Source: Inquilinus limosus (lineage in GTDB: Bacteria; Pseudomonadota; Alphaproteobacteria; DSM-16000; Inquilinaceae). From it: a stretch of DNA of 54,359 bases. The notes under the pieces are model-generated. The model was not told where the DNA came from. It worked only from the letters and a program-made list of their open reading frames with translations, and did no database searches. Below are positions 1-9,208 of the stretch, one piece after another (positions within the stretch are counted from its first letter, which is position 1; the number at the start of each line of letters is the position of its first letter). Made by a program: the position numbers and the translations under genes. The stretch spans positions 1 to 54,359 of the forward strand of contig JAEKLZ010000157.1 in assembly GCA_019508225.1 (NCBI GenBank). Reading direction: 5' to 3'.

Positions 1-1158
<1,158 letters not shown>

Positions 1159-1159
1159 G

Positions 1160-1204
1160 GATACGTTACGTATCATTCTTTCGTGAGTCAATACGGAACG
1201 TATC
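1160..1204 (-). promoter_or_regulatory. PL-like sigma70 promoter of the sRNA overlapped by two operators
   Basis: -35 TTGACT (1186-1191), 17-bp spacer, -10 TAACGT (1163-1168). Operators are ATACG-tta-CGTAT (1161-1173) and ATACG-gaa-CGTAT (1191-1203). Confidence 0.75.
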
Positions 1205-1210
1205 TACCCT

Positions 1211-1816
1211 CTAGTCGCGCATCACCCATTTGACCGGCACGGCCCACTCGATCGCGACGTCGGAGATCAGGGGGGCGTTGTAGCTGAACAGGGTGAAGAA
1301 GCCGGGGGCGCCGCCGCGCATCAGGATCTTGACGAAGGTCCGGCCGTCGGCCAGGCGGATCACGCATTCGCGGCCGATCAACTGGTCCGGATCGGCCTGC
1401 ACATTGCGGTAGTAGATGATGTCGCGGTCGCGGAAGGCGGGCGCCATCGAATCGCCGCGGACGATGACGGCGACCGTGTGCTCGTCGGCCGCCGGTGGGG
1501 CGTCCGCCTCATCGATCCGCTCGGTCGACTGGTCGCCCTCGAACATGTGGATCTCGGCGCCGGCGCCGACATGGCCCACCACCGGCACCATCGGGCGCAG
1601 GCCCGCCGGCGCGCCCTCACCGGTCAACAGCCAGGCCTCGGAGACGCCGAAGGCGGCGGCATAGCGCCCGGCGGCGTCACGGCGCAGCCCGCGCAGCCCG
1701 GATTCATGGGCGCGATAGGTGATCGGGCTCCAGCCGAAGGCGCGGGCGGCGTCGGCCGCGGTCTCGTACCCGGCCTTGGTCCGCGCCAGGACCAGGCGTT
1801 GATGTGGTTCCAGCAT
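1211..1816 (-). CDS. Phage CI-like repressor (XRE HTH plus S24 autocleavage peptidase)
   Basis: N-terminal HTH (YETAADAARAFGWSPITYRAHESG...VSEAWLLTGEG), Ala-Gly cleavage site (VGHVGAG), catalytic Ser (VRGDSM) and Lys (TFVK). The ORF track starts it at 1825; the ATG at 1816 fits the promoter geometry better. Confidence 0.9.
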   Translation of the reverse strand: MLEPHQRLVLARTKAGYETAADAARAFGWSPITYRAHESGLRGLRRDAAGRYAAAFGVSEAWLLTGEGAPAGLRPMVPVVGHVGAGAEIHMFEGDQSTERIDEADAPPAADEHTVAVIVRGDSMAPAFRDRDIIYYRNVQADPDQLIGRECVIRLADGRTFVKILMRGGAPGFFTLFSYNAPLISDVAIEWAVPVKWVMRD

Positions 1817-1825
1817 GCGCGGCAT

Positions 1826-1898
1826 TTAGCACGTTTTGTAATCCAGTGACAATTCGTTTCGTATTGCCTTAACGAGCTACGAAACGTATCGTCAATCC
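1826..1898. promoter_or_regulatory. Divergent PRM/PR-like control region with three operators
   Basis: Operators at 1829-1841 (degenerate), 1852-1864 (ATTCG-ttt-CGTAT) and 1877-1889 (CTACG-aaa-CGTAT). Plus-strand promoter TTGCCT(1864-1869)-N17-TATCGT(1887-1892). Minus-strand TTGTCA(1847-1852)-N18-TAAATG. Confidence 0.7.
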
Positions 1899-2168
1899 AT
1901 GGAACACGCGATCACGAGCTTCGATGACCTGTTCGCTCGGTGGCCGAGGCAGGGTCATCTCTCCACCGATCTCGGCGTCTCGCCGCAGCATCTGCGGATG
2001 ATGCGGGTGCGCCGGTCGGTCCCGGTGCGCTTCTGGCCGCGCTTCGTCGCCGCGGCCGCCCGGCGCGGCATCGCCGGTGTCGACTACGACCTGCTGGTCC
2101 GGCTGCACGCCGAGGAGGCATCGCAGCGCCCTCGACGCCACTCAACCCCATCACGGAGAAAACCATGA
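1899..2168 (+). CDS. Cro-like small DNA-binding protein
   Basis: Short HTH-like protein divergent from the CI-like gene (SFDDLFARWP...LSTDLGVS...RRSVPVRFWPRFVAAA), typical of alphaproteobacterial prophage Cro proteins. Confidence 0.7.
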   Translation: MEHAITSFDDLFARWPRQGHLSTDLGVSPQHLRMMRVRRSVPVRFWPRFVAAAARRGIAGVDYDLLVRLHAEEASQRPRRHSTPSRRKP

Positions 2169-2392
2169 GCACCCTGCCGACCCTCGATGAGATCGAGGGC
2201 ATGCCGATCGCCGCAGTCGCGGCACTGCCGGCCGAAGCGTTGGCGCAGCTGGTCGACGACCTGGTCGTGCTGGTCGAGCACAGCCGCCGGCTGCAGGCGG
2301 TGATCGCCGCCGCGCTGGCCTTGCGCAGCGGCGGGCCGGTCATCCGGCTCGCCGGCGGCCAAGCGGCTGACGCGACGCGGTGGCTGCGATGA
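2165..2392 (+). CDS. Phage-like hypothetical protein (75 aa, MSTLPTLDEIEGMPIAAVAALPAEAL...)
   Basis: RBS GGAGA and an ATGA overlap with the cro stop. The N-terminus resembles early-region hypothetical proteins of alphaproteobacterial prophages. Confidence 0.65.
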   Translation: MSTLPTLDEIEGMPIAAVAALPAEALAQLVDDLVVLVEHSRRLQAVIAAALALRSGGPVIRLAGGQAADATRWLR

Positions 2393-2586
2393 GCGAGCTG
2401 CGCAGCAGCCTGTCGCGCCGCCAGCCGCGCCCGCCGATGGAAGCCGAGCAGCTGCGCCGGATGCGGGCCGCGGCCTGGCAGGGGCAGGGTATCGTCGTGA
2501 TCCGGCCGGAGGACGTCGAGGACGATTGGATCCGCCAGGCGATCGTGAACGAGGCCGACCGGCTGTACGGCAAGCGGAAGCCGTGA
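2389..2586 (+). CDS. Phage-like hypothetical protein (65 aa)
   Basis: ATGA overlap with the previous gene. The motif AWxxQGIVVIxPEDVxDDWxRQAIVNEADRLYG is prophage-like. Confidence 0.65.
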   Translation: MSELRSSLSRRQPRPPMEAEQLRRMRAAAWQGQGIVVIRPEDVEDDWIRQAIVNEADRLYGKRKP

Positions 2587-2599
2587 CCGGGCCCGGTTG

Positions 2600-3073
2600 C
2601 TAGGCCTTGCCGCCGAACAGCGCCTCGGCCCGTCGCCTCATCTCCTCCGGCGGCACGTCCTCGATATGGCTGGAGATGCTCCAGACATGGCCGAAGGGAT
2701 CGACCACCGTGCCCAGCCGGTCGCCGTAGAACTGGTCGGCGACCGGCCGTGACAGCGTGGCGCCCGCGGCCAGCGCCCGTTCCACCACCGCGTCGACATC
2801 CTCGACATAGAGATGCAGCGACACCGGTGTGCCGCCGATCGCGGACGGGCTGGACCAGCCCATCTCCGGCATCTCGTCGGCCAGCATGACCAGGCTGCCG
2901 CCGATCAGCAGCTCGGCATGACCGATGGTGCCGCCCGGCGCAGCCATGCGCAGCCGCTCGGTGGCGCCGAAGGCGGTTCGGTAGAAGTCGATCGCCGCGG
3001 CGGCACCGCGAACGATGAGATACGGGGTGACGGTCGGATAGCCGTCCGGAATCGGCTTCACCTGAGCGGCCAT
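2600..3073 (-). CDS. VOC/glyoxalase family protein (PhnB-like)
   Basis: PYLIVRGAAAAIDFY...HAELLIG...LYVEDVD...DQFYGDR.G.VVDPFGHVW; strong RBS AGGGAGGAGG. Confidence 0.92.
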   Translation of the reverse strand: MAAQVKPIPDGYPTVTPYLIVRGAAAAIDFYRTAFGATERLRMAAPGGTIGHAELLIGGSLVMLADEMPEMGWSSPSAIGGTPVSLHLYVEDVDAVVERALAAGATLSRPVADQFYGDRLGTVVDPFGHVWSISSHIEDVPPEEMRRRAEALFGGKA

Positions 3074-3161
3074 GGCCTCCTCCCTGAGATAGATTGCGGC
3101 GCGTTCGACCGCGCCCTGCCGGCGATCATACAGGATGCGCGCCGGGGCGGGCAGGGTGGGG

Positions 3162-3911
3162 TCAGGCCGTGGTGACGACCGGGGTTTCCTGCAGCAGCTC
3201 CGTCACGGTCCGGATGATGCGGTCCGGCCGGACCATCGAGCCGGCCGGCAATCCTTCGCCCGGTCCGTCGACCCAGATCGCATGGATGCCCAGGCGCTGC
3301 GGTGCCGCCACTTCCCATTCCAGATTGTCGCCGACCATCCAGGTTTCGGCGGGGTCGACCCCCAGCACCTGCAGGGCGTGACGGTAGGCCCGCTCCTCCG
3401 GCTTGCCGAAGCCGTGCTCGCCCTCGATCTGGATGTGATCGAACCGATGCGCCAGGTCGAAGCGCCCGATCTTGGCGCGCTGCCCTTCGGCCGAACCGTT
3501 GGTGACCAGCGCCAGCCGCACGCCGCGGGCCCGGAAGCCGTCGACCACGGCATGGGCATCGGGAAACAGGTGCATCTGCTCGTCGCGATAGGCGGTGAAG
3601 CGGTCGGCGAGGCGGCGAAGGATATCGGGGCCCGGCACGGGGCGGCCAGAGGCGGTGAGGGTATCGAACGCCCCGGCCACGATCACCCGCCTGGCCTCGC
3701 CGATCCGCTGGCGCCAGATCCGATGACGCTCCGCATCCGCCCAGAAGCCGCGGGCAAAGGCGCCGACCGCGGCAGCAATCTCGGCCGAGGTCCACGGACC
3801 TAGATCCTCCGAGAACTCGGCAGTCACGGCGAGCCAGGCCGCATCCGGCCGGCCATAGGCGGAGATCAGCGTCTCGTCGAGGTCGAACAGGATGGCGCGT
3901 GGCAGCAGCAT
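3162..3911 (-). CDS. HAD-superfamily hydrolase
   Basis: Motif I FDLDETL, motif II LVTNG, motif III GKP, motif IV MVGDNLEWE. Confidence 0.92.
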   Translation of the reverse strand: MLLPRAILFDLDETLISAYGRPDAAWLAVTAEFSEDLGPWTSAEIAAAVGAFARGFWADAERHRIWRQRIGEARRVIVAGAFDTLTASGRPVPGPDILRRLADRFTAYRDEQMHLFPDAHAVVDGFRARGVRLALVTNGSAEGQRAKIGRFDLAHRFDHIQIEGEHGFGKPEERAYRHALQVLGVDPAETWMVGDNLEWEVAAPQRLGIHAIWVDGPGEGLPAGSMVRPDRIIRTVTELLQETPVVTTA

Positions 3912-4004
3912 CGGTGGGCCGTTGGTGCGCGGAGAAACGATGCATTTGCGCCGGGTCCGCTGTCAGGCGCAAGCGGGCCGGCGGACAGCCGGCCACCCAG
4001 ACGG

Positions 4005-5678
4005 TCACTGACGCGGCGGTTTCGCCCGTGGCGCCGAGTGCTTCGGGGCGGAGCGGTGGGGACGATCCTCCTCGATCCGGATGTGCCGGTCCTGCGCGTC
4101 CGGCCGGCGGATCGAGGAGGCGAAGCGGCCGGCGGCGTGGCGGGCGATTTCGACCCGGCTCTGCCGCTCGGCGATCTCGATCCGGCCGATCTCGGCCTTG
4201 GTGACATGGCCGCGGCGGCACAGGAAGGGCAGCAGCCAGCGCGGATCGGCATTGTTGGCGCGGCCGACATTCATCCGGAACCAGACCGCCTCGTCGCCGC
4301 CCTCGTGGGACGGGCCACCCTCACGGGTGGGACGGGGCGGGCGCCGATCGGCCGAGGCGGACCGCTCCGGCGGCGGCGACAATTCCTCGGGCGCGGGAAG
4401 CAGGCTGCGATGCAGGCGGACCAGGGCGACGGCGAGATCCTCGGCGCTGCGCTCGGCCAACAGGGCGCGAGCGCCCGCCAGATCCTCCTCCGTCGCCGGC
4501 TCGGCCAGGATGGTCTCCTGGGCCAGCCGAGCCTGGTCACGGGCCCGGATCTCGTCCGCCGCCGGCGGCGGCGACCAGACCGCCTCGATCCGGGCGGCGC
4601 CGAGCAGCCGTTCCGCCTGGTGGCGGCGGTTGTACGGCACCAGCACGACGCTGACGCCCTTGCGCCCGGCCCGGCCGGTCCGGCCGCTGCGATGCTGCAG
4701 GACCTGCGCGTCGTGCGGCAGTTCGGCATGGATGACCAGGCCGAGATCCGGCAGGTCGAGCCCGCGCGCCGCGACGTCGGTGGCGACGCAGACTCGCGCC
4801 CGGCCATCGCGCAGCGCCTGCAGTGCCCGGTTGCGCTCGACCTGACTCAGCTCGCCCGACAGCGCCGCCACGGCGAAGCCGCGTTCGAGCAGGTTGCCCT
4901 GCAGGCGGCGGACCGCCTCGCGAGTCGAGCAGAACACGATGGCCCCGCCTGCCTCGAAGAAGCGCAGGATATTGACGACGGCGCGCTCCGTCTCGTGCGG
5001 GGCGACCGGCATGGCCCTGTATTCGATGTCGCGATGCGGCTCGTCGCGCGACGACATGGCGATGCGCAGGGCATCGTGCTGGAAGCGCCGGGCGAGAGCG
5101 ATGATCTCCTTCGGCAGCGTCGCCGAGAACAGCAGGGTCCGACGCTCCGCCGGGGCCGCGTCGAGGATCGCCTCGAGATCCTCGCGGAAGCCGAGGTCGA
5201 GCATCTCGTCGGCCTCGTCCAGCACCACGGCGCGCAAGGCCGAAAGGTCGAGCTGGCCGCGCTCGATATGATCGCGCAGGCGCCCGGGCGTGCCGACGAC
5301 GATGTGGCAGCCGGCCGCGAGCAGGCGCTGCTCGCGCCGGGCGTCCATGCCGCCGACGCAGGCGAGGACACGGCCTCCCGCCGGCTGGTACAGCCACTCC
5401 AGCTCGCGCTGCACCTGCAGCGCCAGCTCGCGGGTCGGAGCGATCACCAGGGCGACCGGCGCTCCACCCGGAGCGAGACGCTCGGCATCGCCGAGCAGCG
5501 TGCTGCCGAGGGCCAGGCCATAGGCCACGGTCTTGCCCGATCCGGTCTGGGCCGAGACCAGCAGGTCGCGGTCGGCGTTCTCGGATTGCAGCACCGCGGC
5601 CTGGACCGGCGTGGGCTCGGCATAGCCGCGCTCGGATAGGGCGCGCAGCAGGCTGGCAGGGGCGGGGGAGAAAGGCAT
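4005..5678 (-). CDS. deaD: DEAD-box RNA helicase with C-terminal DbpA-type RNA-binding domain (DeaD/CsdA-like)
   Basis: Q motif PTPVQ, AQTGSGKT, PTRELA, TPGR, DEAD, SAT, ARGLD, HRSGRTGRAG and C-terminal WFRMNVGR...IGRIEI. Start placed at MPFSP. Confidence 0.92.
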   Translation of the reverse strand: MPFSPAPASLLRALSERGYAEPTPVQAAVLQSENADRDLLVSAQTGSGKTVAYGLALGSTLLGDAERLAPGGAPVALVIAPTRELALQVQRELEWLYQPAGGRVLACVGGMDARREQRLLAAGCHIVVGTPGRLRDHIERGQLDLSALRAVVLDEADEMLDLGFREDLEAILDAAPAERRTLLFSATLPKEIIALARRFQHDALRIAMSSRDEPHRDIEYRAMPVAPHETERAVVNILRFFEAGGAIVFCSTREAVRRLQGNLLERGFAVAALSGELSQVERNRALQALRDGRARVCVATDVAARGLDLPDLGLVIHAELPHDAQVLQHRSGRTGRAGRKGVSVVLVPYNRRHQAERLLGAARIEAVWSPPPAADEIRARDQARLAQETILAEPATEEDLAGARALLAERSAEDLAVALVRLHRSLLPAPEELSPPPERSASADRRPPRPTREGGPSHEGGDEAVWFRMNVGRANNADPRWLLPFLCRRGHVTKAEIGRIEIAERQSRVEIARHAAGRFASSIRRPDAQDRHIRIEEDRPHRSAPKHSAPRAKPPRQ

Positions 5679-5924
5679 GTCGCACGAGACCCTTGTTTCG
5701 AGCCGTGGCGGACACTGCTCCTGATGGGGGATCCCGATCTTCCGGAATGCCGAAAGACGGCCTCCGCATCGCTGCGGGCCGGTCCAACGGCGGAAGATCC
5801 CTGGATCACCGCGTGCATCGATACGCGAACCGAGCGCCGCGCACAAGGGCAGGGCTGTCAGCGGGGGTGCGACAGCTTGGCCCGCCATCCACCTCTATGT
5901 CGGGACGCCGAGCCGGGGCGGGAC

Positions 5925-6073
5925 GCGGCCTCCATCGTCTTCCGGATGTTCTCGACCAGCACATGGGCGTACTTCGCCGTCGCTGCTCGGTTCTTCGTGC
6001 CCGTGCTGCCATGAAGTCGCAGGCCCCGGACGACGAAGTCGTAGTGGTCGTGCGGCTTCCCCTTCGGCTTGCG
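5925..6073 (-). pseudogene. Fragment resembling the N-terminus of an alphaproteobacterial phage integrase
   Basis: RKPKGKPHDHYDFVVRGLRLHGSTGTKNRAAT resembles the KPKGSPYYxYDFxxxGxRFxGSTG pattern; no catalytic domain follows. Confidence 0.5.
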
Positions 6074-6142
6074 ATGTGGATTGAGCGCCCATGCCTCCTC
6101 CAGTCGCGAACTTGCCCGGCGGGCGGCCGCTAGCGGCATCGA

Positions 6143-6241
6143 AGGCGGCATCTGAAGACTGCCTACAACATGACGCCGGACGAGTATCGCGAGCGCTGGG
6201 GCTTGCCAGCCGACGACCCGATGGTCACGCCGAACCATACC
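6143..6241 (+). pseudogene. mucR: Internal fragment of a MucR/Ros regulator
   Basis: RRHLKTAYNMTPDEYRERWGLPADDPMVTPNH matches the MucR C-terminal signature LKRHLxTxYxMTPxEYRxxWGLPxDYPMVAPNY. The zinc-finger cysteines and N-terminus are absent. Confidence 0.8.
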
Positions 6242-6244
6242 AAC

Positions 6245-6703
6245 CACATGGGCGAGGTCGAATTCGACTGGCCCGCGGCAACACGTCTCGAGGCCGATGA
6301 ACAGCGGCCTATTGTTCGTGCTGAGCACGTTGCCCGGGTGCGGCTCGCCATGCAGCAACTGCTCCGCGGCGCTGCGGTCGGCGATCGTTCGTCTTAGGGT
6401 TCTTAGCATGCTGCCGAGAAGCTCACGGTCCGCTTCGGCGAGCGCCGGAGTCTGGTCACGGCTCGCCACGAGTTGCTGAGCTTCTGCGACCCGATCCGTG
6501 AAGTGCGGCGTGGCGACATCGAGCTTGCGCATACCGGCATGCAGCCGCTCGAGGGCCTGCGCGTAGTCGGCCGGCGCGACCCCGCGAGCCGTCGCAGGCG
6601 CGTAGTAGGTCCACAGCGTCACCGCGTCGTCGACCGTCAGGCCAAGCGCTGAGGCGATTGACATTGCCGCGGCCACCGCACGCGAAACCTCAGCTGCCTG
6701 CAA
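6245..6703 (-). pseudogene. Aminoglycoside-phosphotransferase/kinase family gene remnant
   Basis: LLHGEPHPGNVL Brenner motif and FIGLETCCRGPVEFDLAH. The N-lobe looks internally deleted (GLTVDDA|VTLWTYY) and the C-terminus is missing. Confidence 0.7.
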
Positions 6704-6989
6704 GGGACGGCTCCGTCCGCACCTACTCGGGTGTGGGCTACTACGGCACCAAGCGTTTCCTGTCACTCGCCGACCTTGCCCGACGGCAAGGTCGGCTTTG
6801 CGTCGAACCCAGAGCGCTTGCCGACCCCGATCGTCTGCAAGGGGTAACATACCAAGAATCGTGCCTTGTCATCGCGGTCGCTCATGGCGCGGTTCAGTCG
6901 GCCCCTCGGCAGCAGGAGCGAAATCTGCCGTGCGGTACGGCCTACGCAAACGACTCCGATGGCCCAACAGCGCACATGCACACGTCAGC

Positions 6990-8219
6990 TCACAATGGGC
7001 CGGCGCCGACGATCGGTCGCTTTTCGAAGCCGCGGAAGCTCTTGCGCGCCAGCGGCAGCAGTGTCGCCGTCAGATAGGCCGTCCCGGTCAGCAGCAGCGC
7101 GGCGGGAAGGCCGAGACCGCTGACCAGCGCGCCGCCGAACAGACCGCCGAAGGGGATCAGGGTCCAGCACAAGGCCATGGCCATCGACGAGACGCGGCCC
7201 ATCAAGGGCTTGGGGATCCGCTCGAACATCACGGCCGACAGGATCGGATTGAGGAAACCGGAGGCAAACCCGCCGATCGCCAGGGTGGCGAAGGCCAGGG
7301 CGAGCGGCACGTCCATCGCGAGGACGAGAAAACGCGGAAATCCGGTCAGGAGGAACGCGGCCGTGTAGACGATGAGGCGCGGCATCCGTTCGCCGATGGA
7401 CGCGGCAATGGCCGCACCCACCATGGAGCTGCCGGAGAACACGGCCAGCATCGCCCCCAGCAGTTCGGGGCCGTGGCCCGCATCCAATGTCCAGACCGGC
7501 AGCAGGACGGCATGAAAGGCCTGGTCCAGGAGATTGGTGGCCGCCACCATGACGACGATGCCCATCAGCACCGCATCCCGGCGCAGAAAGGTCCAGCCTT
7601 CCAGCAGGTCCCGGCCATAGGACGCCCTTGCCGCGACGGGGATGTGGCGCAGCACGGGGATGCCCACCCCGACGATCAGGGCGGCGACGGCGAAGGTGCC
7701 GGCGTTGAAGACAAGGGCCTGGGCCGGACCGATCACGGCGATCAGTGCGCCGGCGCCGGCCGCCCCGACCGTCGATGCCAGCCTTTCGATGGTGCCGACG
7801 ACGCCGGTCACCCGTTCCAGCGGCACGGCCGCCAGCTCGGCAATGTCCGGAACCATCGCTTGCTTGGCCGCGTCGGACGGACCGCGCAGCACGCCGAGGG
7901 CAAAGACGATCGGAAGCAGGACCGGGACGGTGAGCATGCCCAGCAGATGCAGCAGGGGCACCAGCCCGACCACGACCACCGAGGCCGCATCGCAGACGAT
8001 CGCGATCCGCTTGGGGCCGACCCGGTCGATCAGCGGACCGCCCAGCGCCTTGGCGACGACATAGGGCAGCATCTCCGTCATCGCCACCAGCCCGGTCGAC
8101 ACCGGGCTGCCCGTCGTGCTCAGCACCAGCCAGGGAATGGCGATCGTCGACAGCCTCGTGCCGGAAATCGAGAAGGTCTCGGCGACGGCCAAAGCGAGAA
8201 AGGGCGCGCGCGTGCTCAT
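6990..8219 (-). CDS. MFS transporter (DHA3/macrolide-efflux-like)
   Basis: About 12 hydrophobic segments, motif A GPLIDRVGPKR, and ERIPKPLMGRV in the C-terminal half. Confidence 0.92.
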   Translation of the reverse strand: MSTRAPFLALAVAETFSISGTRLSTIAIPWLVLSTTGSPVSTGLVAMTEMLPYVVAKALGGPLIDRVGPKRIAIVCDAASVVVVGLVPLLHLLGMLTVPVLLPIVFALGVLRGPSDAAKQAMVPDIAELAAVPLERVTGVVGTIERLASTVGAAGAGALIAVIGPAQALVFNAGTFAVAALIVGVGIPVLRHIPVAARASYGRDLLEGWTFLRRDAVLMGIVVMVAATNLLDQAFHAVLLPVWTLDAGHGPELLGAMLAVFSGSSMVGAAIAASIGERMPRLIVYTAAFLLTGFPRFLVLAMDVPLALAFATLAIGGFASGFLNPILSAVMFERIPKPLMGRVSSMAMALCWTLIPFGGLFGGALVSGLGLPAALLLTGTAYLTATLLPLARKSFRGFEKRPIVGAGPL

Positions 8220-8860
8220 GGCTCGTCATCCTCCTCGCGGTGCGGGATGCGGCCCGGATAGGGAAAGGCGCGCAGCATGATCGTGAAGGGCGCCATGTCC
8301 GGGGGCATCGGTTCCCCCAAAGGCGGGGCGTCCCGCATCGCCTCCAGCATGATGTCGGTCAGCCGCCGGGTCAGGGCCTCGGCCTGCTGCGCCGTCAGCG
8401 GGACGGTGATGTCGCTGGCCGTGCTGGCCTTGCGCCACCGGGCCGGCAGCTCGGCATATTCCTCGACGGCCTGCTGCATCTGGCCGACCTGCAGGGACAG
8501 CGATGCCTGGGTGAAGGCGACGCCCGCATCCAGTTCCGCGCCTTCGACGTCGGTCTCGAGCACGGATGTCAGTTCGTGGCTGGCGCGCCACCAGCGGTCG
8601 CGGCGCGACGGCCCCGGCTTGTCCTCGATGAAGCCATGCTGGGCCAGCTGGCGGAGGTGATAGCTCGTCGCGCCGCTATTGAGTCCCAGCCGCGCCGCCA
8701 GCTGCGTGGCGGTGGCTGGGCCATCGACCCTGAGCATGCCCAGCATCCGCAATCGAACCGGATGCGCCAGCGCCTTGAGGGCTGTCGGATCAGGAACGAC
8801 CCGACGGACGTTGCGGGGCGCGGTCGCAGGGGCAGGTGGCTGGGGCAGGAAAGGGCTCAT
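8216..8860 (-). CDS. ArsR-family winged-helix regulator
   Basis: LKALAHPVRLRML...ATATQLAARLGLNSGATSYHLRQLAQHGFIE...RWWRA; ATGA-coupled to the MFS gene. Confidence 0.9.
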   Translation of the reverse strand: MSPFLPQPPAPATAPRNVRRVVPDPTALKALAHPVRLRMLGMLRVDGPATATQLAARLGLNSGATSYHLRQLAQHGFIEDKPGPSRRDRWWRASHELTSVLETDVEGAELDAGVAFTQASLSLQVGQMQQAVEEYAELPARWRKASTASDITVPLTAQQAEALTRRLTDIMLEAMRDAPPLGEPMPPDMAPFTIMLRAFPYPGRIPHREEDDEP

Positions 8861-8877
8861 CCTCCGGACACTAATTC

Positions 8878-8909
8878 TACAAAGGTATATTTGCAAATGT
8901 TTGTTTGCA
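8878..8909. promoter_or_regulatory. Two overlapping palindromic operators T(A/G)CAAA-N6-TTTGCA
   Basis: TACAAA-ggtata-TTTGCA (8878-8895) and TGCAAA-tgtttg-TTTGCA (8892-8909), directly upstream of the ArsR gene. Confidence 0.6.
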
Positions 8910-9121
8910 TTCTGGATCTGAACGCGCTGTGGGGTGATCCGGAATGGTCCGCGCGAGACCTCTGTGCGGGGTCGGTGGTCCCGGGGGGCGTCGCAGGAGA
9001 TTCGGATCGGTCTCTCCGGCAGTGCCGGTCGGGCATGCCGACGGGCTCGATATGCACGCTCAGATCAACGCTGCGGCCGGCCGGCGCGGGCACGAAGGCG
9101 GTGATCGGACACGGGGCAACA

Positions 9122-9156
9122 GAAAAGCCCGCACCGCCTCGAGGGCGATGCGGGCT
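9122..9156 (-). terminator. Rho-independent terminator downstream of the DING-like gene
   Basis: AGCCCGCA...TGCGGGCT stem followed by a T-run on the minus strand. A second perfect 11-bp hairpin lies at 9168-9193. Confidence 0.75.
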
Positions 9157-9208
9157 GGCTTGAGACCGGTGAGGATCCGTCGGGATCCTCACCAAGCCTT
9201 CATGGCCA

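Noticed and set aside
1211-2586. Intact prophage
   Set aside because: No integrase, att sites, replication, packaging or structural genes; housekeeping genes flank both sides.
2586-2597. Palindrome ACCGGGCCCGGT between convergent genes
   Set aside because: Too short and has no U-tract; cannot be called a terminator or att site.
5858-6850. 330-aa ORF as a genuine phosphotransferase gene
   Set aside because: Chimera of unrelated fragments; the kinase part is internally deleted and truncated.
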